This document shows, in pieces, positions 1-22,800 of a DNA stretch of 64,000 nt. The translations under genes and the position numbers were made by a program. The first letter of the stretch is position 1. Each line of letters opens with the position of its first letter. The DNA comes from Bugula neritina (Eukaryota > Animalia > Bryozoa), in contig OZ037766.1 of assembly GCA_964035545.1 (NCBI GenBank), positions 8,794,722 through 8,858,721 of the forward strand. The letters run 5' to 3'. The notes below the pieces were generated by a model. It did no database searches, had not been told where the DNA came from, and saw only the letters and a program-made list of their open reading frames with translations.

Positions 1-199
1 TATAGTCATTCAGTTTTCATCATATAAGAAACATAAACATATTTAAATTCCAAAAAGCTAATCAAAGAAAAAAGACTAAAATTTTGCTGCAGGCCAGGCA
101 TTCCACGGTTTATATGTGAACAGTGCGATTCTAAATACTGTTTATAGAACTCAGGTGCAAAAATAAATTATAGTAAAAATCTATTATGAACATAAATAC

Positions 200-9676
<9,477 letters not shown>

Positions 9677-10264
9677 TTTCACCTTGGAATTCGGCAAGAA
9701 GATTATTATATTAAAAAAGTATAGATAAAATAAATCAATCTTAAGCATTCTAAGAACATAAAAAGTTCTGTGGGTCAAAATAACTCCAAGTTCAACAGAC
9801 TATTGGCCCCATTGGCACAGATTATTTTTTACTTAATAAAAACACTTTACAATTAACAGCTCAACCAACAAGCAGCTATTCTCAAGTTGGTACAACTACA
9901 ACTATAAACAAAATATAAAATAGAAATAGTACAACTATATAAAACAATTACCACGCTGAATAGAATCTATATAGAGCCGGTTTTTAAACATAAAGTTATT
10001 AAGTAACATAATTTTCCACAAAAACAAAAGAAACCAATTTTAAATCAAAATTTCTGACTAGAAAATTTTGCTTCAAGTTCATCTTCAAGGTCTTTTACCG
10101 CCTGGAACTTTTTCCTTTTGCATCAAGTGATCATAATGATAATCATTTATTAAGTTACTTTTAGCAGCAAAAGTTGCATTTACTTTTAGCTTTTAGGCTT
10201 AGCACACGAATCATCATGATAATCATAATAATGATTCAATTTCAAGACCACTTAGAAAAAGTAG

Positions 10265-11440
10265 AAGTGAAATTCAAACCGAAACTGAAAGTGAAACTGA
10301 AGACTAGAGTAAAGTCTAACTCTTGAGTAAAACTAAAAGTAAAACTAAAAGCTAAAGTAAAGGACAAGAGAAATAATTATTTTATTAATTACTAAAGTAA
10401 AAGCTCAAATTACAATTTGGCTAATTCATAAAAGTGCAATCAAAGTTATTTAGACACAAAATTGATTAGATTGATACTTACAGTCACATTCAGTTCTTCA
10501 TTCACATTAGGCTTCGCACCGACACTAGCGACACTGACTAGTAATTTTGTAGTGTTCTTGGATTTTACAAACATAGACTAAGAGTCGAAAGCTTTGTGGC
10601 TTCAATGCTTGATAACCCCCTGTTACGTTGATAATACGCTAGTAAATCAAGTCTAAGGTCATTGCTTCTGCAAAGAGTACCAGCATCAGCTACATAGTAA
10701 TTGTTGTTCAATGATACTGCTATTATAATTATTTACGTGCATTGTACTCGTTTAGACTATTGCAATGCCTTGCAATTAACCAAATACTGAAATAGTAAAT
10801 AAAACTCTCTGCAATTGACTAAAGCTGTGTAACTGTAAGGAGGTGGTTTTTTGTTCCCTCTATTTTGCAACTAAGCCACATAATTTTAGCATTAAAACTT
10901 CTTATTGAGATTCACAAATGAGAATTGTCCAAAGTCAACTGTAAAATCAACCAGTCAATCGATAACCAAGTCAAGTCAGAAGAGAAGAGCTGTAAGTGTA
11001 AGACTAAGAGTAAGTGTAACTAAGAGTTGCTGTTAGCGTTACTGTTAGTTTACCAATAACAATTCAAATCTCAATAGTCATACTCAATCTCATAGCAGTG
11101 ATAGCACAGCCCCATGGGCTAAACATTATGCTAAAGCCTAAACTGGTTTCAAAATTTAAGGGCAGCCCCATACGGCATACCAATGGGCAATAAATAAAAT
11201 TGCAGAGACTAAAATTAAAAGTATCTTTATTAATATTATAGTCTAACTTTAAGTTGATATTAATTTATTATAGTTGTACTACTATTAACCCACTCTAGCT
11301 TTACTTTAAGTTTATTGCAAACTGGGCTAGGTTGTTTATTGATAAACTTATAGTAGGCATGAGGATTATTATTATAATTATTGGCTCTATTAGTCTTGTA
11401 TCACAGCTATGACTATGATACTCTATGACTGTGTTTATGT
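10265..11440. promoter_or_regulatory. Putative bidirectional promoter region of ZYG11(-)/PPOX(+), flanked by degenerate hexamer-periodic tracts
   Basis: Head-to-head genes. Candidate non-coding first-exon donors: gtaagt on - at 10481-10476 and gtaagt on + at 10992-10997. Hexamer tracts at 10265-10365 and 10992-11100. Confidence 0.55.
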
Positions 11441-12039
11441 TCTTGCTGTTTTAGCCGCACACTAGCGAAATGTAATTAATTACGCAGTTGCATTGAATAG
11501 AATTTATTACAAATTTTATGAAATACCTATTGAACATGTTCATGCAGACAGTAGTTCATTGATTTCTTTTCCTGTTAGGCTGCTCTCCATTAGTCTCTTT
11601 AACCATCACAAGGGTCTGACCCCCCCCCCCCTCACGCAGTAGGGAATTTCTTATAAGGCTTTAATCCAGATAGCAAGGTGAGGTGCTAAGCTCCCTAAAG
11701 GCTTTTTGTTAAAAGTAACACAGCTGGTTGACAATCATATGCTTTATCAATAGCGATTTTTATGGTTAATATATATTTTATATATTATTATTGTTTTTAA
11801 ATTATTATACATAAAAGTTAATTTAAAATAGTTTGAATTGGAGCTACTACCTTTTTATTTCTCAATTTATCATTAGTCTATGTTAAAAATGGATATAAAA
11901 TTGTTGACTTGCAGCCCATTGTGATTTTGATATCATTGGAAAATAATATTGTATAATAACATCTAAGTAACATATCACATTGCTAAATATTGTTGTTATA
12001 TTTTACATGGGGAAAATAGTGATGATATTGGAAACGTAA

Positions 12040-15000
12040 ATGGCTAAACAAAGAAGGATTGTTGTTCTCGGAGGTGGTGTGTCTGGTCTAGCTTTTGGTT
12101 ATTACATGAATGCTTTTAAAAGGAGTATACTCACTGTAAAAGGATCTGTGTTACCTCAGGTGTGTATGTTTAAGCTAATAATTATAGTATGCAATGTCAA
12201 AAATATTTTATCACCTAAACTTATGGTTGTTACATATGTTGCTATAAAATTGGACAATGGCAGTTTCTGTTATGTTTAGGACATAGATTTATGCTGAAGT
12301 ATAATTACTGATGTTAAAATGATTAATGGACTGTTATTGCCCTGGTGATTAACTTGTGCTTGGGATGCTTATTTCCATTAGAATACAACTTAAAAGTACA
12401 AACTATACTTTTCCATTTGTACAGCGGACACCAACATTGAAAATTCAAACATATTTCCATGTCAACATGAATGTTAAAATTGTGAAACTTGTAAAATTTG
12501 AAGTAGGTGCAGTAATGGAGAAATTGAGAAAAGCCTGTGTTCTAGATTAGAAATGTAGCAAAAGAAGTTATGTACTCAACCCAAACCCCAAACCGAAATT
12601 TAATAAGAAAATTAAAGAGATTAGGCTATCTCAATTTCTCCACTAATGCTCTTAAATGATGATGAGGTTGAAGTTGAACATTTTCAATTAATTTATTAAG
12701 TCATGAGCTTACATGTTATCAGGTTCAGTCTGGTAGCTTAATGAATTCTCTAAGAATTTGTATGTACGGTTTTGGTGATTAAAGGTAACTCTATTAGAGA
12801 AGTCTTCAGAAGTTGGCGGTTGGATGAAATCACATCAAGATGAGTCCACTAAAGCAGTGTTTGAATATGGTCCTCGCAGCCTTAGAGCAGTTGGTCATGA
12901 AGCCAGGAGCTCAATGGCTTTGGTTAGTTGATGACAGATCATAATCTATTTAGTTATAAATATATCTCTATTTTTATCTTATCGCAATAATATTTTTTTC
13001 CAAAGTTATTATTAAATTTATAGTGTCTTGCGTTAAACTTTTAAGGTGGGCTGGCTAAATGGTTTACTAGTTAGCTGTGGAGGTTATAATCATTCGTTAA
13101 CCTTGCCCAAAAAGTTAATTGTAATTTCGAGCTATTAACTTTGCATCATCTAATTTTACTACTTCTGGTTTTATTTTTTCCGTCCTTTAATTTATGATAT
13201 ATAGAACTATTGGCCACATTTTAGGCTGAGGAACTTGGATTAGCTTCTGAAATTATTGCTGTTACGCGTACTAGCCCACCCGGAAAACAAAGGCTAATAT
13301 ATGGTAAAGATAAACTGCATCCTTTGCCTACCAGCATTATGGGGTTTCTCCGAAAGTTTCCTTTAATAAACAGATCCATGGCAGCTGTAGCATATAGTGA
13401 GATGAAAACACCACCTTCCATACAAACTAAAAATAAGGACGAAAGTATTCATAGCTTCATATCAAGAAGATTTGGCACAGAGGTGTGTTGTGCACATGTT
13501 TTCTATGATTCAAAGTATGTTACAGCCTGACACTTGGTGTGATCTATATATTAATGTTTTAATTCCTTCTAAAATTTTTAGTTTGTATTAAAATTACTTC
13601 TAAATGATATTTCTCATCATTGGCAAACTGCAATGATGTTAGATGTCTTATGATTACCATTACGACATAAGCTCATCAATCATTCCTTTATTGCTACATT
13701 TCCTTATTGGTACCTTGTGTCACCTTGAAGTCGTATATCCCAAGGGCCTATAATAGTGAGAACCTACCTAAATTTACTTTTGTAACTTTTAATCATTTCG
13801 CTCAACTGGGTTTATCTATCTCTATGAGAATCTCTGGTGGAAAGTTGGCTAAAGACATGTTTTCTATTGCGTCAAATGAGAAATGATGACTGGATGCTCT
13901 TCCTAACATCCTCAATGGCCTTTACTGTGGATCGAACTACTGGCCTTGTGTTTACTAAGCCAATGCTTTAACCCCTAAACCCTGCTTGTAATCATTTTGC
14001 TGTATTTATATTTATAACCACCTTTGCACTGTTTGGCAATTGAACTTGTTGTATTACCATTTCTCTCTTCCAGGTTGCTGATTATGTAGCTGATCCTTTT
14101 CTTAGAGGAATTATAGCTGGTGACTCGAAGGAGACAAGTGTTATTTCTATGTTTCCCAATCTTAAAGCAGCTGAAGATCGTTATGGTTCTGTAATTAGAA
14201 ATTTATCCAAAGTCTCACAGCCTGTTAGAGGTTGGTGAACTTGACTTTATATGTGAAACAGTACTAACCATATTCTTCCATCTCTATATATGCTTGTATA
14301 CTTATTAGAGCTGTTCTTTTATATTATTTATTTTATATTTTATATTAATATTTATTCATCAAGTAATTGCAATGCTCGTCAAGTTATAGTTCATGATGAC
14401 GGTTTAGTGTGCTGAGTTGTGTGTTGCAACATGGTGCTGTTTGATAAAGGGGTTGTTAAAGAGAGCGCTGTGTGTCGAAGAGCTAAGGATGAGAAATGGG
14501 CAATGTGGAACTTTAAATCTGGTCTGCAAACTCTACCCAATGCATTGCACACGGCATTACTTGACCAGGAGACTGAAGTAAAGATGGGCACTTCTTGTAC
14601 TAAACTAGAGAAATCTGGCCAAGGGTTTCTGGTAATTTTATAACTATTTGAACTACTGTAGTAAGTAACATAAAGTGCATTTTTCCGAATGTTTTCATGC
14701 ATACTCTAATCATAGTTTTATCTCTCGAGTAGCATTCCTTTAAATCTTTTTTAATCTTCCAGAGTGCCACAAGTTTCGCTAAAATCAATAATCTATTATT
14801 ACAGTCTGCAAGTTTGGTATTGCGTGTTTAATAAAGGTTTTGTAAGTGACTGGTTGCATATATAAGCATTGCTGATGGATTTTGCTCTATCAATCATTCT
14901 TTCATTACAGAAAAATTATCTATTTCTCTAACAGCTGTTATGCATTTGTAGATACATACAGCTGATGGTGTAGTGGAAGCTGATGCCGTTGTTGCTGCTG

Positions 15001-17982
15001 TCAACTCTAAAATAATCTCTAGACTGCTACAGGATGATCACCCACTACTGTCAGAAAAGTTGAATAATTTACCTATACATGATGTGGCTACAGCCACTCT
15101 AGAATATTCTGCTGATACTGCATCTAATATACCACAGGTAAGTTTCTCTCATTGTATATCCTTTCTGTTGATAATTCAACATATAGTTATGACTTTGTTT
15201 TGATGGCTCAGAATCATTCTCCTGACTTCATCCTGAAAGCGTTTGGCCATTGTTGATCCTGTATTCCAGCTATTAATTTATTCATGCTAACCATTAAAAT
15301 TTAAAATAATGATTATGCTATATTTTGGATCATTTTGCTTTGCTGTTAGAATTATTATCTTGAGTTGAGAGTAGTCATTTGAAAGTTATGTGTAATTTAC
15401 AAATTCATAACCATTATGGCGTTATTGTAATGTTTTTCTATGCAAAGTTATGTCTCTAGGCATTTGGACATCTTGTGCCAAGCTGTGAAAATGAAGAAAA
15501 TTTGGGAGTTATCTATGAATCCATGGTATTCCCTCAACATGACAGGGTAGATAACTCTACTAAAAGACTAACAGTAAGTTGCTATGTAATAGGATATTGC
15601 TTCAACAATTGTCTTTACAATTTGAATAAAAACTTTTTATAAATCTTTATAAAATGTTTTTTTGCTATTGACTTTAAGTCAATTAGGTAGCGAATAGACT
15701 GTCTTATTGCATATTTTTATTTAACCACTAAGAGTATCTCAATTGTTTTCAATCTCTTTGACATGCCTAATTATGCATGTTTTTATTTTTTAACAAATTT
15801 AGCAATTTATTAAGAAATCTTTCTGCTAGCAATTCTAACAAATTTTAATTTGATATAAACTTATACCTCTGAAAATTAATATTCTAGCAAATTTTTTGAA
15901 AATCTTCTAAACTGTGACAATAACCTTAATTGATAGTTTAATAAACTCACCACAGCAACTGTGTTAGCTGACCTGGCTGAACTAGCAGAATGCTGAGTAG
16001 AGACACTGAAATTCACATATTATTCAAGCTTCTCAGTAAACATCAAGTTGAAATGTTAAATGGCTGCTTTCAAGTTGCATATTGAATTGCATAATAATTT
16101 TTAGCATACAGTTGAATATCAACTTTTGATTAAATTGCTGGTTTGACTTTAATATGACATTGTATTGAAGCTGCGCTTGCACAATTCTAAATCTACTTGG
16201 TGTTTATAAGTTACCTTCTATATTTCAGGTAGTTATTACCTATTGTTTCAGGTAATTGTTACCTAGTATTTCTGGTAATTATTGCTTAGTATGTTAAGTA
16301 ATGATGTATAAATATTTCAGGTGATGATTGGTGGTGCGTGGTTTGATAGTGTCCTTGGTGCTGACCCCACTATATCTACAGTGGAGGAGATAGCTATAAG
16401 ATCTGTTGCCAAACAGTTGAATATTTCTGCTAGACCAGTTAATATAAAGGCTAACATTATACGGGTAATAGCTTCATTATTCAAACTTAGACTTCATTAT
16501 GCTTTTAACATGCAACATAATCTGCTTTTATCTAAGTTTGTATTCATCATCTCAAAATGTAGTTTACATAGAAAAATAGTATCATCACAGGCTCTGAGCG
16601 ATGAGAAAGTAAAGGGTTGTAGTGTAAAGCAGTCAATGTTTCTAACTTTTTATTTGACTTGTTAAGAAATTATTTCAACTTTTGATGAATTACCATTTAC
16701 TCATTCACTCAGGGTTGCTTCACTTTAAATTTATTTTTGAAAATTAGTACAGAAGTTTTAAGTCTTCATTTTTATACTCAGCGTGTCTGACTGCGTGAAA
16801 TTATTGTGCAGTAAAACAGCCGCAGTGGATTTTACTAAGGTTGCTGTATTTCAGGATGCTATTCCTCAATACCCAATAGGCCATTCCGCATTGGTAGCCG
16901 AAATAGACGAATATATTAAAGAGCAGGAGCTTCCTCTCACTCTTATTGGACCGTCTTACGATAGTCCCGGTGCTAATCACTGTATACATAGGGCTAAGGT
17001 AAGAATACATAATGAGAGTAACATTGTGCAGTGCACAACTTACCTGAGGTAGAAACATGGTGTTTAAACTACCATGTCCCTGTTGAGATGTGTGAAAGTA
17101 TTGCTGTATGTCTCTTTTTTCATGAATAGATAATGGTATAGAGAAGTTTTAGCATGGTGGGGTGTCAATAATAGACCCTTTTCAGAGGTTCCCAAGATCC
17201 CCCCTATAATTAAAAATTGTGCTCTCCCAAAATAAAAATTATTAAAGAAAATAAACTAGAATGCATGTTTGTGATTTTGGTTGCTGAGCAATACTGAAGT
17301 GCCACTTTAGCATTGCTCAGTAATCAAAACAACAAAAATGTTTTCAAGATTATTTTCTTCAAAATTTTTTATGAAGAAACATTTTTAAAACAATTTTTTA
17401 CCTCCTACTATGTGTGCTTATACCAAAATATCTATCTCCTAAAAGAACAATTCTATAGTATAATTAGAATTTTAAGTAGCAGCCAAACTTTGAATCTTTA
17501 ATAAGTTTGCTCTTTATACAAAAGTTCAACCTATTCATTTTGGGATGACACAACTCTTAATTGTAAAGGGGATACCTGGCACCTCTGAAAAGGGTCTATT
17601 AGCGCTTACTTTATGGTGAATAATACTGTAGTAGCGCCTTCTAATAACTTCTTGGGAGTTGTCTTCTTTTATATATCACTTTTCTACATGGTTGATTTCA
17701 TAAATTATATAAGTAATCAGATTATCTTTTTGAAAAAAGTATTATTTACAAAAGTTTCATATGTTCAAAAGCTCATATACTCTTGCTTTTTCATGTATGA
17801 GTGAGTCATGTTATGATAGATCTATTGTTAGTAGTATTACTACTGTTGGTAGTGATATTGGCAGGAGTGCTAATGATTGTGTTGGGTAAACATTGTAGGT
17901 GCAAGCAATGAATCTTCTAGAGCAATGGGATGTCATTGATCTTCAGTCTTTGGTTCAGGAGAATAAAATAAATGAGTCATAG
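12040..17982 (+). CDS. PPOX: Protoporphyrinogen oxidase (HemY-type), about 10 coding exons
   Basis: Exons approx. 12040-12159 (IVVLGGGVSGLA, FAD-binding), 12785-12922 (VGGWMKS...FEYGPRSLR), 13225-13482 (DESIHSFISRRFGTE), 14073-14230 (DPFLRGIIAGD), 14450-14631 (WNFKSGLQTLP), 14952-15137, 15460-15573 (FGHLVPS..LGVIYES), 16321-16464 (VMIGGAWF), 16855-16998 (AIPQYPIGH), 17899-17982 (stop tag). Confidence 0.95.
13722..13987 (-). mobile_element. tRNA-derived SINE copy 1 (PPOX intron)
   Basis: The reverse complement gives A-box-like ggggttaaagcattggc, B-box-like gttcgatcc and the core ggccattgaggatgttaggaagagcatccagtcat shared with the copies at 33500 and 51349. Confidence 0.75.
17173..17597. mobile_element. 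MITE of about 425 bp in the last PPOX intron
   Basis: AT|agacccttttcagaggt ... acctctgaaaagggtct|AT perfect 17-bp TIR, imperfect extension (gatccccc / ggggatac), and an internal hairpin ttgctgagcaat...attgctcagtaa at 17281-17323. Confidence 0.85.
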
Positions 17983-19812
17983 TTGGTCATTCCCAACACA
18001 CTGTCAAGTGAAACAGATTATTATAGCCAATTGCAGACAGACACACTTGTATATGAATAACATAATGCTATTTAATAGTTTATTGTCTAAATTTTTTCCA
18101 ATATTCAAAGTTTATAAACCAATAGTTTGTACCTAATTATTTTTATTTTTGAATAAAACAATGAATTCTAGGATAAATAACCCACTTTATACATTGTGCA
18201 TATGTTAATACCAGAAATTGAGTGCTATAAAATATCTAAGTGCATAAAAATATGGTTCATGTTTCATTAAGGCTGTGTTTGTATGCTACCAGTTTAAAAT
18301 TATATTTATGCTGATTTGTCTTGCAATGTGTTAAATATGTCAACTTTAGTTCTTTGATATGTCATCATTCTACTCAGTTGTGTCATGATTTCGAAATTCA
18401 TGCTGTGGGAATGCCCTGCACCATATACATAATCTCTTTGCAAATTAGATTACATTATAATTTCATAAGGAATTTTTTAATACTATATTTTACTTATTCC
18501 ACCTCTATAAATGTATTGAAATTAAATGTTTTATTTTAGATTCAATTGAATTAAATAAATAGTGATGTTTATATTAATTCTGCCAGCAATATAATGTGTT
18601 TTACTGCCAATTCAGTGAATTTGTTATGTAGACCAGTCTGATCTCACTGTGTACCATTTGCCTGGAAATGGCAGCTGCTATTCTGCTTATAGCCTCTCTT
18701 CATTGCTCTCAGACAGAGCTGCTCTTACAGGCTTTGATACCCCAACCTCCTTATAGTGTTTATATGTCCATATAATTCATAGCAACACTATTAGATATAA
18801 ACAAGGAAAAATATGATATCTCTAGTATCCAGATATGAGGTAGCATATAGTCAACTTGTGTGTGCTACTACTTTATTATTGTTAATTACACTCTCAATTA
18901 CTTATATTTAATTTCCTTAGAATATGTTTACAAACTTCTCTCATACGTCATCCAATTTTCTTACCTGTTTACAAGTTTCCTTCATAGGTCATCTGATTTT
19001 CACCTTACTTAACCTTGTAGCTACAAATATTTACTATACGCATCTGATATATATTTGCTGACATGTGTCAGATGGATGTCAGTTTGTGGAATATATGGAT
19101 ATTATGTCTGCGTATCCATGTAAGAAACTTGAGAGCATTTGTTTTGTTTATTTACAACTGCTTTAATGATGTCATTTATGTATTATCTTTTTAAGTACTA
19201 CACTTTCTCATAAATATTTCAACTGTTAACTATCAGCTAATCAGTGATGAATGGTAGTAGATCAATTTTTGCAAAATTTAAGGAACATATGAAGTATTGA
19301 TTATTCGCTCCTCCCTTGACTGTAGGCGGAGCTTTAGTTGCTTTCTTGTTTTTCTGCTATAAAAACAATTTACAAATGTTATGCGTGTTACTGAAGCTGT
19401 AATATTTTAGAAAGTAGCAAACTTGGTACACCTCACAGACTGAAAAATGTCTCTGGTAAGTTGTATGAAAACTTTTCATATTTTTTTCGATTTACCTCAA
19501 ATTCATTTTGAAAAATGTTTTAAATTATTGTTGATAATAATAGGTGATCCAAATTATATTCGTATATCACTTTTTGTTTCCAAATAGTTATTTACATATA
19601 TATAAATGTATGTAGAGTAATGTATTATTACACAATACAACTGCCTAAAAATATTTGGCATCATATTTCACTCAAGAATGAAGTGTGACAGATAAGGAAT
19701 ACAGTTTTTAAAAAATAAATTGGTTTTAATTGACAACCAAATGTTGCTTATAATTTATCACAATAAAATAGAGCTGTATTTAGAATAATTATTTGAACTT
19801 TAGAAGCTGGAT

Positions 19813-22800
19813 ATGGGCAGTCAGCGAAGTTCTTCTAGTGTCCCTCTACAACCGAACAAGATTATTATAAATGTCGGGGGTAACAGGTTTGAAACATATA
19901 AAAGTACACTGAGAAATATTCCCGACACAAGACTTGCGTGGATTGCGGAATCAAAAGCTGACAACCCTGATTATGACCCAATAACTGGGGAATATTTCTT
20001 CGACAGACACCCTTCTATGTTTTTGATGATCTTGAACTATTATCGCACAGGAAGGCTTCATATTCCTGCAGATGTGTGTGGTCCTGCATTTGAAGAAGAA
20101 CTTCTATTTTGGGGTATTGATGAGAAACAGATTGAATCTTGTTGTTGGGGTAATTATTCCCAACATAGGGATGCTCAGCAAACTCTTGTTGAACTAAAAA
20201 TAGATTCAAATTTTGAAAAGAATGACGAAGAATCTGAATATGGAGACGATGTAGGAAGTACTGCTGGTAAGTTTGGCATCACGGAGCTGGAGGAAAAGAC
20301 ATCAACGTGGGAACGAGTTAAGCCAAAATTGTGGGCAGTACTAAACAACCAATCGTCATCGATAGTTGCAAAAGTGAGTAGAAATGAGAAGGAAATTATA
20401 ACGCTGAGTGTAATTATAGAAAGCGCGACCATACTTCTATGGGAAATGTTTGATTTTTACTGTATTTCATCATGATTTTTTATAGGGTAGTTAAAGTCTA
20501 AATAAAACCTGTTATTGAAAAAAGAAACATCATAATTCAGTTTTAGCTATGGAGATCTTGTTTGTTGTACAGTTGGGTCCCTATTTTAAGTCTTATCAGT
20601 GAACAACATCATGGGGTGTGTGCCAAGCATTAGCCTATAAAATTACCAGGAGGGGAGTGTACTAATTACACCCATTGCTTGCTCAGAAAATAACACATAT
20701 AATTGGTTGTCTTCTAATGAGTTCTGGTCAATAAATAATGTGCTTTTTATGCTGCTGCTAATTACTTGGTTTAGTTTTGATGGTATGGTACGGAGTAATA
20801 TAAATTTAAATGCTGACTTCCTACAAGTTTAAAACACTATGCCATAGTTGACTTGAGGGAGAGCTTATATGCCGGTCATTACGTAGAAATGTAGAGCTCC
20901 TACATTGTATAGTATATTTGCTCTTTATTAATACATTTGGTTCTCTTTTTATAAGCAAGTGATATAAATTTGTAACGCTTTATAACGTTTAACCAGCTGC
21001 ATTAAAACAAACCATTTCTATGCCCCTGCATTTCATATGAAAATAGCAACTGAAATATTTTTATCTAAACAGCACTGGTTCCATTAGTTGATCAACTTTT
21101 ACTTATTATACATAGGCTAGTATTATTTTGCATCTTGAGCTTTTCTACAATCTCCAAAAGGTCAGCTATTAAATGAATTTGGCATATGTGATGATCTAGA
21201 AGACATATAAACATGCACTCATATTGCCCTAATATTATAATTATTACCATGGGAGTAATAATAATTGCTCTAGCTGAAAGAGGCATTTGAGACTAAGAGG
21301 TGGTAGTGGAGAAACAACCCAGTAATAATTTCATAGCTCTCTAAATTTGCTAACTGCTAGCACAAAACAATTTTTGTATCCTGGTAGAACTAAAAAAGCA
21401 TGATCTAAGGTTCATGAATTAGATTGCAGCTAGGGTGCTACAATATGGGGTTGAATCAATGTATATATATAAAACCTCATGTACCAATTGGCTAGGTTAG
21501 GTAACAGCATCAGTTATTCATTATTTTTTGCTTGGTTTTTATGTATTGTCATTATGTATAGCAAAGTTAGATTGTGAAAAACATTAAAATGACCTCAAAA
21601 TGTTATCTTTTTTATATAATGTTATATTGAACTATTTTTATATGCACTGTATTATTTTGCAGATATTTGCCTCGATCTCTCTAACACTAACACTAACTGT
21701 GATTACGACCTTCATTCTGGAAACAGACCCCACGTGTCGGATACCTCGAAACAAATCTCTCTCGTATATTAGTAAAGAAAATTTGCCATTTAAAGAATAC
21801 CGCCAACAAACTAAGCCTCACCCAGTTCTATTCTACATTGAAGTTGTATGCATGTGTGAACTGACTCTTGAAACTATTCTACGCATAGTCACTTGCCCAG
21901 AGAAGAGAATATTCTTCAAAAATGGGTTAAATATTGTAGATGTGATTTCATTGCTCTCCTTTTACATCACGTCGTTATTATTTTTGATTGACCGACATAA
22001 CTTTGAGGATGTAAATATAGCAATTCAAATCTTGCGTCTAGTGAGAGTTTTTCGTATTTTCAAAGTTGCCACTCATCTCCCTGCATTAAAAATTCTTTTT
22101 CATACCTTGAAGGCCAGTGCAAGAGAGTTGCTACTAATGCTGATGCTAATACTTTCATTAATCATTTGCTTTGCAACTATTATCTACTTTGCTGAGCAAG
22201 TATATGAATCTCCAAGAAATGACTTTACATCTATACCTATTGGATTCTGGTGGGCCATTGTCACAATGACAACGCTGGGATATGGTGACAAAACTCCAAA
22301 AACAGCGTTAGGATATGTGTTTGGGTCAATATGTGCTATAACAGGCGTATTACTCATCGCACTTCCAATACCCATAATAGTGAATAACTTTTCAACATAC
22401 TACAACCATGCCAAAGCACAAGGAAAGTTGCCCAAGAAACGAAAGGTGCCTTTAGTTGGTGCAGCCGATGCCCTGAAGCAACAATCTGAAGGCATCTCTT
22501 TACAGATTTCACAATATAATCTACGTTCAACGTCTTGCAGCAGAATGGGCAGCCCCGATACAGAAGACATCAACCAGATATGTATAAGGGACAAGGGCAG
22601 CAATGAAACTGTAGACTGCATTGATGGCTGTGATAGTGACAGGTCAAGATGCAATGATGAAAAAACAATGGGAGGAATTAGTGTTACTTTTACAGATGTA
22701 GACGAAAGTGAGGAAATTAGTATCACTCAACAAAGGCTAGGTGACCAGAAAGGAAATGGTTATCTCAATTATCTTTCAAAATCCAGCCATAGTGTGGAGA

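Noticed and set aside
11560-11720. GC-richer patch with a C-run, possibly a retroelement UTR fragment
   Set aside because: No second copy or diagnostic motif in the window, so it cannot be classified.
20015-22726. Antisense ORFs over the Kv exons (likewise over other coding exons in the window)
   Set aside because: Expected shadows of codon structure on the opposite strand.
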